Shown here: in pieces, positions 37,968 to 45,552 of the stretch
How the letters are laid out: every line of letters starts with the position of its first letter
How positions within the stretch are numbered: the stretch's first letter is position 1
Assembly: GCA_963607615.1 (NCBI GenBank)
Contig: CAVDCT010000010.1
Location: 133 to 64,132, forward strand
Direction: 5' to 3'
DNA: 64,000 bases
DNA from: Roseburia sp. AF12-17LB
GTDB taxonomy: Bacteria; Bacillota_I; Bacilli_A; RF39; UBA660
The notes under the pieces: generated by a model
The model's database searches: none
What the model was told of the DNA's origin: nothing
The model's input: only the letters and a program-made list of their open reading frames with translations
Translations under genes and position numbers: made by a program

Positions 37968-39641
37968 CTATACCTTTAAGATACTACTATTATTAATAGA
38001 TGTATTCCAGTAGTAGTCATCTTCTTTTTTCATAACCAATACCTGATGTTGTAGTATTTCAGTAATATATGATATTTCATTCAAAGACAATATTATATTT
38101 CTAAGTATTATCATGTTATCTTTTAGTTCAATATCTTTTAAATCTATTTCTTTTCCTAATTTTTTGATTAGTTTTTTTACATCATTTTTACTAACCATTT
38201 TTAAATTATCATTCTTTTTTTTACAAAGATTTCTTTGGTAATTAGGACATTTATTACACTTACAAATGTCACTATTATAAAAGAACTTTCTATCTGGTTT
38301 AGATAAAGCAACTGCTAAGGCACATGATGTAGTTTGATAAATTGGATAATCACTTTCGCCTTTAAGATGTTTCCAAACATATTCATAAGCATTCTTATCC
38401 CAAACATTATCTGCTTTTAATGCTTCTTTCCTATGATTCCTTAATTCGTTCCATTCAATATGATCTATTATTTCATCTGTAATTTTAAGACCAATTGCTA
38501 CAGATGCAACAGCATATTTTTTAACAAAGTTATATATTCTATTTATATCTTCTTTTCTACTATTAGAAGGCATAAATGGTCTCCAATAATGAACAATAGT
38601 TTTATTATACTTATGCAATGTAATAAAATTATTTTCTATATCTTTTCTATTTACTCCAACTTCTATATCTTTATCAAATCCTGAATAACTTAAAAAGAAT
38701 ATAAATTTTTTACCTTGTTTTTCATAATTATCTATAAATTTTATAAAATCTTCTGGTATTTTACATTTAGTAATAAATACAATTGGATTTTCAACATTTT
38801 TTTCCATTAATATAGTTACTAATTGTTTTAAATATTCAATATTATCTGGTGTAGAAAAACCATCTGTTTGAGATAATAAACATAGTGGAATATCTTTTAT
38901 ATAAAATTTACTTTTTAATAGCAACTTAACAGCATTTTCAGGAGATGCTAACACCTTTGGTTGTACTAAATTAAGCTTTCTTTCCCTTAAAAAGCAATAT
39001 TTACATTGTTTTGGGCATCCTTGAACAGGATTAAGTACCATCCATGTAGCATGTACATCTACAATTGGATAAAATTTTGCTTCTTTTACTTTAGCAAATC
39101 TATCTAAAAACTTATTGGCATCATTAAGCATTAAATCAAATTCATGAGCCATATTTACATTTAAGACATTAGCTATATTAAATATAATTTCCAACATGTT
39201 AGCAAGTTTATATAATATAAAATCATTCACTTTTGAAAATTCATATCTAATTTTATAATGTCTATATTTATATTTTTCAAGTATTATTTCTGACACTTGC
39301 CCATATACTACATTGAATGATAATATTGCATCATTTATAGATGAAAACTCTACTTTTTTATAATTATACTCGTACTCTTTTAAATTTAATTTAAGTTTCC
39401 ATGCAAGCGCTACTATTTGAAGTACAATATCAGATAATTCATCTCCAATATCATAAATATTTCTTCCTACTTCTTTATATTCTTTATGTTCTAACATAAG
39501 TAAACAAAAATGTCCTAGTTGTGTATTCATCTCGCCTAGAACTGTAATAGCGTTCCAGTTTTTGTCTTCTGTTATCTTAAAATTCTTTTTTAGTTCAATT
39601 GCTTTATCATAATAATTATCTAAAAAATATTTAACATTCAT
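37968..39641 (-). CDS. Fusion protein: N-terminal MazG-like all-alpha NTP-pyrophosphohydrolase-like region plus C-terminal radical SAM domain (COG1533/SplB-like cluster context)
   Basis: N-terminal ..VLGEMNTQLGHF..IGDELSDIVLQIVALAWKLKLNL.. The middle has ..LNPVQGCPKQCKYCFLRE.. (CxxxCxxC). Confidence 0.6.
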   Translation of the reverse strand: MNVKYFLDNYYDKAIELKKNFKITEDKNWNAITVLGEMNTQLGHFCLLMLEHKEYKEVGRNIYDIGDELSDIVLQIVALAWKLKLNLKEYEYNYKKVEFSSINDAILSFNVVYGQVSEIILEKYKYRHYKIRYEFSKVNDFILYKLANMLEIIFNIANVLNVNMAHEFDLMLNDANKFLDRFAKVKEAKFYPIVDVHATWMVLNPVQGCPKQCKYCFLRERKLNLVQPKVLASPENAVKLLLKSKFYIKDIPLCLLSQTDGFSTPDNIEYLKQLVTILMEKNVENPIVFITKCKIPEDFIKFIDNYEKQGKKFIFFLSYSGFDKDIEVGVNRKDIENNFITLHKYNKTIVHYWRPFMPSNSRKEDINRIYNFVKKYAVASVAIGLKITDEIIDHIEWNELRNHRKEALKADNVWDKNAYEYVWKHLKGESDYPIYQTTSCALAVALSKPDRKFFYNSDICKCNKCPNYQRNLCKKKNDNLKMVSKNDVKKLIKKLGKEIDLKDIELKDNMIILRNIILSLNEISYITEILQHQVLVMKKEDDYYWNTSINNSSILKV

Positions 39642-39642
39642 T

Positions 39643-40500
39643 TTAAAACCATTCTTTCTTTTTAACTTTTATAATACTGTCATATTCTTTTTTATCATCA
39701 GTATCTAAATATTCTTTCTTATGCTCTAATACGTTTATAAAATAATTAATAATGTTTCTTCTTATGTTGTAATCTGGAATATCTAGAATAAAATTATTAT
39801 AATGTGATTCTGTATGATACAAGACATCCATTGCTTTCTTTTTGATTTTTTCATAGTCATCATTTCTCATAATGCTATTATTTGATTTGTAATAATAGTA
39901 TCCAATATATGGAATCGATATAACTGTAGATGCTTTGTACAATTGATAAGAAGTTAGGCCAAAATCCTCTTGTGTTTTACCTTGTAAAAATTTAAAATTG
40001 TTATTCTCCCAAAACTGTCTACTATAACAGTATAGCCAAGAAGGACTATATATTTCATTATTAACTGCACATAAATTTAAAAAATCAAGACCTTTATATA
40101 TTCCAATATTTTTAGTAACAAATTCTTCCACAATATTCTTATTATTATCAATCATAACCGCTTGAAATCTAAGCATATCATATTCAACATCATCGTATTC
40201 ATTAATAGTTTCAATTAATTTTTGATTAATAGTATCATCTATATCTAAAAAAATAATTAAATCCCCTGTACATTTAGTTAATCCAAAATTTCTTACAGCA
40301 CCTGGATCATGTTTAGATATTTTGTACAGTTTTATTTTATCCTTATATTGCATAAGTGTTTTATAAGAATTATCACAACTATTATCATCAATAGCAATAA
40401 TTTCATAATTATCACATGTTTGATTAAAAATAGAATCAAGACATTTATCAATATATCTTTCTCCATTATATATTGGTATTATAATACTTACCTTTTTCAT
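39643..40500 (-). CDS. Family 2 glycosyltransferase
   Basis: MKKVSIIIPIYNGERYIDKCLDSIFNQT..YEIIAIDDNSCD..FLDIDD. The start is probably ATG 40500 rather than the track start at 40527. Confidence 0.85.
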   Translation of the reverse strand: MKKVSIIIPIYNGERYIDKCLDSIFNQTCDNYEIIAIDDNSCDNSYKTLMQYKDKIKLYKISKHDPGAVRNFGLTKCTGDLIIFLDIDDTINQKLIETINEYDDVEYDMLRFQAVMIDNNKNIVEEFVTKNIGIYKGLDFLNLCAVNNEIYSPSWLYCYSRQFWENNNFKFLQGKTQEDFGLTSYQLYKASTVISIPYIGYYYYKSNNSIMRNDDYEKIKKKAMDVLYHTESHYNNFILDIPDYNIRRNIINYFINVLEHKKEYLDTDDKKEYDSIIKVKKKEWF

Positions 40501-40615
40501 ATAACCACCAGCCCTTGTTATATTCATTTATAAGCAAAAAAGAGAGACTATAAAACTAGGCCCTCTTCCTCCACAACTACCACGAATTAATTTATCACTT
40601 ATTCTATTACTTTTT

Positions 40616-41032
40616 TTAATAAAAATCAAGTATTTTGACATATTTCATTTTTTTATAAATGGATATAACATATAGATTCATACAATCAAAATTTTTATCA
40701 TATATAACATTATCAATAATTGAAATCATATGATAATAATCTTTCTTATTCCAACAAAACACAACATATGAATTATCATTCAAATTTAAATCTTTAATCA
40801 TAATATCTTTATTATAGTCAATATTAAAAATATTATTATCTTCCATATATTTTTCAAATACTGGTATATCATTAAATGAATCACACTTTAAATCTTCAGC
40901 AATTTTACATAAGTCATTATAAACATCATTATATTCTTTATTTAAAATCTTACATAAGCTTCTTATCACACAATTACTTTTACCATTTTTATCTGATATA
41001 TAAAATTCTTTAAATGTCATATTAATCCCCAA
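40616..41032 (-). CDS. Hypothetical protein (138 aa), possible papain-like Cys/His fold
   Basis: ..GKSNCVIRSLCKIL.. and ..YYHMISIIDNVIYD.. This is a weak pattern only. Confidence 0.35.
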   Translation of the reverse strand: MGINMTFKEFYISDKNGKSNCVIRSLCKILNKEYNDVYNDLCKIAEDLKCDSFNDIPVFEKYMEDNNIFNIDYNKDIMIKDLNLNDNSYVVFCWNKKDYYHMISIIDNVIYDKNFDCMNLYVISIYKKMKYVKILDFY

Positions 41033-41510
41033 TCTTTTTTATATTTGTATACATTCTTGAATGATATCCACTTTTATCATAAAACTTAATAGCATTATCA
41101 TTATAAGCAAATACATCTACTAAAATATATTCACAACCCAATGATTTAAAATATTCTTCCATTTTATTCATAAGCATATTGCCTATACCTTTACTTCTTA
41201 CATTTTTGGAAACTACTAATTCAGTTATTTCTCCTCTTTTAGGGCATTTATAATCAAGATAATCATATTCATCATATGGAAAAATACATCCCATAATTAA
41301 ACCTACTGCTTTATCATTTTCAACTGCTATATAACATTTACCATTATTATTTTTAACTTCTTCTAAATCTAAAATTGCCATTTTTTCTCTATATTCTGGA
41401 TGTAGTTGATCTAAATTATCTTTATCAATAGATAAAATATACTTTTCAAGTTCAACTAACAAGTCTTTAACATCTTCTAAATATTTATCTTCGTACTCTA
41501 TTATTTTCAT
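41022..41510 (-). CDS. GNAT-family N-acetyltransferase
   Basis: ..ELVVSKNVRSKGIGNMLMNKMEEYFKSLGCEYILVDVFAYNDNAIKFYDKSGY.. Confidence 0.8.
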   Translation of the reverse strand: MKIIEYEDKYLEDVKDLLVELEKYILSIDKDNLDQLHPEYREKMAILDLEEVKNNNGKCYIAVENDKAVGLIMGCIFPYDEYDYLDYKCPKRGEITELVVSKNVRSKGIGNMLMNKMEEYFKSLGCEYILVDVFAYNDNAIKFYDKSGYHSRMYTNIKKIGD

Positions 41511-42108
41511 TATTAAAATAATACTCCTTAGTTAATTCGTATTTAGAAAAAGTTAATATTCCATCATAAAATGTATAAGGTGACTCTTCTTCTATTTCAC
41601 CAATTTTATTAAACCCTAATTTTTCAAACATTCTACAAGATCTTATATTATCTTTTACAGCACCTGAAGAAATACCATTTATTTCTACTTCGCTAAACAT
41701 ATAATCTATCATTGCTTTAGCAGCTTCTGTTGCATAGCCTTTTCCTTGATAAGCCGGATCCATATACCAACCTACATCACGAATAGTAATATCTTCTCCA
41801 TTTTCTTGAGCAGATACTTGTCCAATTACTTCTTCATAACCACTATTCGTATATTCTGGTTTTAAAAATACACTCCATACAAATACATCATTATTATCTG
41901 CTTTATCAACTTTAGATTTATAGAATTTCTCTTGATTCTCCCAAGCCCAGTGGCTAGGATTATTAGCGTGTTTTTTGGCACCTGTTAAATACCATTTATT
42001 TACTTCTGGAATCATTAATATCTCCCATAATCTTTTTTGTTCTTCCATCTTAGAACTTCTTAATATTAATCTTTCAGTTTCTATAGTTCTACTACCAATT
42101 AAATTCAT
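41485..42108 (-). CDS. GNAT-family N-acetyltransferase (RimJ/RimL-like)
   Basis: ..IETERLILR.. N-terminus and ..QGKGYATEAAKAMIDYMF..VKDNIRSCRMFEKLGF.. Confidence 0.8.
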   Translation of the reverse strand: MNLIGSRTIETERLILRSSKMEEQKRLWEILMIPEVNKWYLTGAKKHANNPSHWAWENQEKFYKSKVDKADNNDVFVWSVFLKPEYTNSGYEEVIGQVSAQENGEDITIRDVGWYMDPAYQGKGYATEAAKAMIDYMFSEVEINGISSGAVKDNIRSCRMFEKLGFNKIGEIEEESPYTFYDGILTFSKYELTKEYYFNNENNRVRR

Positions 42109-42122
42109 TTACATCCTCCATT

Positions 42123-42664
42123 TTATATTTCTATACTATCAAATATATTTTCTTCTATATCATAAATAGTAAATTTTCTATTTTCATACATCATATATGT
42201 AGGATTATTGTTTTCTTTAGGTATAGATATTGAACCAACATTAATATATACCATATCTTTTTCTTTTTTTATATAAGGTATGTGTTCATGACCATATACC
42301 AATATACCTTTTCTGTTAAATTTTCTATTCTTTTCTAAATTATATTCATTACCATGAGTTAAATAAATATCTAACCCATCTACACATATTAAAGCTAAAT
42401 TATTACAAATTGGAAAATCACTTGCTTTAATATCAACGTCTGAATCACAATTACCTTTTAAACAAATAATTTTATCTGAATATTTAGTTAATGTATCTTT
42501 AACATTCATACTATTAACTTCATACTTTTGATTATACGTAGGACCGGCATAATATAAATCACCAAGAACTACTAATTTATCTATTTTTTCTTTTTCAATA
42601 ACTTTTTCTATTTTTTTAAATTAATATTAATACCATGTATATCTGATATAAATAATATCTTCAT
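42123..42664 (-). pseudogene. YfcE/MJ0936-type metallophosphoesterase, frameshifted in an A7 run
   Basis: ATG 42664 gives MKILFISDIHGININLKK*. The next frame continues IEKVIEKEKIDKLVVLGDLYYAGP..MNVKDTLTKY.. into track ORF 42123-42509 (..GNCDS..THGNE..GHEH..). One extra A in TTAAAAAAATAG restores the frame. Confidence 0.7.
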
Positions 42665-42679
42665 GTTTGTCTCTCCTTT

Positions 42680-43024
42680 CTACTTAAATTTTTCTATTAC
42701 TTCAAATATTTCAAATATTACTTTAGTATTATCATTAAAATTAGTATTTATTTTACTAAAGTAATCTATATGAACTTTTATCCATTCTTCTAAAGATTTA
42801 TTTTCTCCTTCTAATTTTGCTAAATCCCAAGTAATATTCTTAAATTCAGTTACAATAACTTCTTTTGTTTCTAATATACACATATCATTATTATTTGAAT
42901 CAGTAAGTATAGATACATCACCTACTATAGGTAAACTATCAAATTCATACAAAGATGTTGTTGCTGTCTTCTTACCGTTTAAAACAAGAACAACTAATTT
43001 ATCTGCATCTATCCTAAATGTCAT
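42680..43024 (-). CDS. ASCH domain protein (COG4405/YhfF-like)
   Basis: ..LVVLVLNGKKTATTSLYEF..PIVGDVSILTDSNNNDMCILETKEVIVTEFKNITWDLAKLEGEN.SLEEW..H..F. Confidence 0.65.
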   Translation of the reverse strand: MTFRIDADKLVVLVLNGKKTATTSLYEFDSLPIVGDVSILTDSNNNDMCILETKEVIVTEFKNITWDLAKLEGENKSLEEWIKVHIDYFSKINTNFNDNTKVIFEIFEVIEKFK

Positions 43025-43036
43025 CTTTTAAGTTTA

Positions 43037-43792
43037 TTATACACGTGTCTTACCCCACCAATCAGGAATTAATTCTTCTAATCTCACTATTTCTTTAGTA
43101 TCAATATTTTTTAGTATCTCAATATCCTTACTATTCTTAGAAAGTTGCATCATATATTCTCTACATGCCCCACACGGTGAACCTACATTACCTTTAGAAT
43201 CAACGCATACTAGTTTAATAATCTCATTTTCTCCATTTGTAATCATATTGGCAATAGCATTTCGTTCACCACACATACCAAGTGTTGATGCTGTATCAAT
43301 GCATACTCCTGCATAAATATTATGATTTTTAGTAAGTATTGCTGCACCAACTTGTCCTGCACTAATCATACCTGACACATCTCTTGGATTTCTTACATTC
43401 TTAGCTTTTTCATATAATTCTTCCCAAATAGTGTTTTCACTATATAAATATTCTATATGAATAGCATATACACCATTTTTCTTAATGGCATCTTCATATC
43501 CATCAAGTTTACTTACATTTCTAATAGCTTCTTCTTTATCATTGGTAGATGAAGTTGTGTATCTAGTTCCTTCTAAAGTAAAAAGTTCTTCTAATGAATC
43601 ATAATGATTTACTTCTTTAACTTTAACATAAAATACACCTAAATCATTACTAGTAAATTCTATAATATCATTTTGTTTTAATTTACTATAATCATGCTCA
43701 CTATTTTCTTTATTTGCTCTAATCTCTACTCTTTTAGTATTATTTTTGATAGCTAGTGCTGCTCTATCATTAATATTTAATTTCATTATCAT
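43037..43792 (-). CDS. Fusion: N-terminal ASCH domain plus C-terminal cytidine/blasticidin-S-type deaminase domain
   Basis: N-terminal ..ALAIKNNTKRVEIRAN..NDIIEF.. C-terminal ..QVGAAILTK..MCGERNAIANM..SPCGACREYM..LEELIP.. (zinc-binding C-x-E ... PCxxC). Confidence 0.75.
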   Translation of the reverse strand: MIMKLNINDRAALAIKNNTKRVEIRANKENSEHDYSKLKQNDIIEFTSNDLGVFYVKVKEVNHYDSLEELFTLEGTRYTTSSTNDKEEAIRNVSKLDGYEDAIKKNGVYAIHIEYLYSENTIWEELYEKAKNVRNPRDVSGMISAGQVGAAILTKNHNIYAGVCIDTASTLGMCGERNAIANMITNGENEIIKLVCVDSKGNVGSPCGACREYMMQLSKNSKDIEILKNIDTKEIVRLEELIPDWWGKTRV

Positions 43793-43809
43793 TTTAATAT
43801 CCTCCTAAC

Positions 43810-43835
43810 AAAAAAATTCTGCATAATGCAGAATT
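43810..43835 (-). terminator. Leader terminator directly upstream of the ASCH-deaminase RBS
   Basis: Minus-strand AATTCTGC-attat-GCAGAATT followed by TTTTTTT, then AGGAGG-N8-ATG (43792). Confidence 0.6.
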
Positions 43836-43860
43836 AATTTTATAATCTAAAAGAATATTC

Positions 43861-43926
43861 CTAAAAGTTTAATATATTAGGAGTAGTGATTAATTCTGCA
43901 TTATTTATAACTTGTAAATTTTTCAT
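43861..43926 (-). CDS. Candidate 21-aa leader ORF (MKNLQVINNAELITTPNILNF)
   Basis: ATG behind the strong RBS AAAGGAGTG. It contains one arm of a 16-nt perfect complement to the terminator's 5' arm. Confidence 0.35.
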   Translation of the reverse strand: MKNLQVINNAELITTPNILNF

Positions 43927-43964
43927 CTTAATCACACTCCTTTCTTTGAATAATTTACACCTAC

Positions 43965-43993
43965 AATATATCACACTTTAATCACTTTGTAAA
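43965..43993 (-). promoter_or_regulatory. Putative promoter of the cargo operon
   Basis: Minus-strand TTTACA-N17-TATATT, ~35 nt upstream of the leader ORF. Confidence 0.4.
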
Positions 43994-44229
43994 TTACATA
44001 TACATTTTTCTATAGCGATTAAAACAAATCATTTTTATTTTTTAGGAAAAACTAATTAAAATTCCTAAAAAAATAAAATTTATTATATTTATGTTACTTT
44101 TCTAATTATTATTTTGGTATTTTAATTTTAAAAGTAACATTTTATATTTCTACAAAACAATTATAATTAAACCTAACATCATACTTTTTAGTATATTTAC
44201 TACTTATTCCTCTAGTGATTTTTGTGATA

Positions 44230-44242
44230 TCATTTATTAGAC
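44230..44242. repeat. Terminal inverted repeat, distal end (attR side)
   Basis: TCATTTATTAGAC, the exact reverse complement of 27392-27404. Confidence 0.8.
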
Positions 44243-44251
44243 AGTAAGGTG

Positions 44252-45493
44252 TAAAGCAGTTACAGATACACCCTGTCCAAATGCTGTAGTAGCTGTTTCC
44301 AAATCACCTATTTTATCAACATTAAATAATATACCATTCTCTTCTCCACTAAGTTCAATACCTGTTTTGGTACCAAAGCCAAAATTTTTAATATATTTAA
44401 ATAATTTTTCTTTACCAAGTTTCAATCCAATATTAACAAAACCCGTATTACAAGAATTCTCTACTACCTCTAAATATGTCTGACTACCATGACCACCATG
44501 TTTCCAACAATGAATAGTAGCACCCTCAACAGTAACACTACCTGAATCCTGGAATGTATCTTTATCTAAATCTATTAAATTTTCTTCTAATGCAGCTGCT
44601 AATGAAATTATTTTAAATGTTGAACCGGGTTCATAGGTCATCCAAATAGGTAAATTACGATTTATCTCTTCTAATGAATAATCTTGATAATTAGTTGGAG
44701 AAAAAGTAGGACGTGATGCCATAGCTAATATTTCACCCGTATTAGGATTCATAACTATTCCCCATGCACCATCTGGATTATACATCTTAATAGCATTGTC
44801 TAATTCTCTTTCTAAAGCTTCTTGAATTTGAAAATTTACAGTTAATGTCATATTCATACCTGCTTGTGGTTGTTCATATATTTGACTTAAACTTAATTTT
44901 TGTCCTTTAGCATCACTAAAATATTTAATAGCACCATAACTTCCTGTTAAATAATCATTATAAATAAGTTCTAAACCACTAAGTCCTTGATTATCAATTC
45001 CAACAAAACCTAATGTATGTGATAAATAAGTATCATAAGGATAATTTCTCTTTGATTCTTTTACTAGATAAACTCCTGATAATTTTAAATCATTAATTTG
45101 ATCAGCTATTTCATTACTAAGTCTTCTTCCTTCTGGATGTACTCTTTCAATTGATGTTTTTTTTGTAACATGTGCTAACATATCTTTATAATCAGATTTT
45201 AATATATTAGATAATAATTTAGCTGTTTTTTCTTTTTCTTTAATTTGATTAGGTATTAAAACTAAAGAAGTAGTAGTAACATTACCTGCTAATGTAACAC
45301 CATTTCTATCATATATATTTCCCCTATTAGCCTCTAATGGTAAATTCCTACTCCATAAGTCTTTAGCATACTTATTCAATTTTTTATAACTAATAACTTG
45401 AATATAAAATACTTTTAATGTTATTACAATAAAAAGAAATATAATTATAACAAGTACTAAACGCATACGTTCATTCATTTTGCTTATAAACAT
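44252..45493 (-). CDS. 5' segment of the interrupted class B penicillin-binding protein gene (TM anchor, dimerisation domain, SxxK and SxN motifs)
   Basis: ..RMRLVLVIIIFLFIVITL.. anchor, ..RGNIYDRNG.., active-site ..GSTFKIISLAAALE.. (SxxK) and ..NSCNTGF.. (SxN). The conserved ..FGQGVSVTAL then diverges into HLTV* inside the element end. Confidence 0.85.
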
Positions 45494-45552
45494 ATAATCA
45501 CCAATAAAGTATATGATGATTATTTATAATATTATTAATGGTTATATTTAAA

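Larger units (their letters stand above)
27387..44253. mobile_element. ~16.9-kb integrated element (large-serine-recombinase type, non-phage cargo) inserted in the PBP gene
   Basis: Bounded by the two halves of one PBP ORF. The shared core TGTA is at 27383-27386 and 44250-44253. The 13-bp terminal inverted repeats are at 27392-27404 and 44230-44242. The recombinase gene abuts the left end. Confidence 0.85.

Noticed and set aside
35376-39641. Prokaryotic viperin (pVip)-type defence locus (radical SAM plus nucleotide kinase)
   Set aside because: The radical SAM protein is 557 aa with a MazG-like N-terminus and a COG1533-like cluster context. It lacks the ~300-aa viperin layout. The kinase is on the opposite strand, several genes away. 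I cannot support this call without profile searches.
27387-44253. Interpreting the inserted element as a prophage
   Set aside because: No terminase, portal, capsid, tail, holin or lysin-like ORFs are present. Apart from the recombinase and a small RHH/wHTH module, the content is metabolic enzymes.
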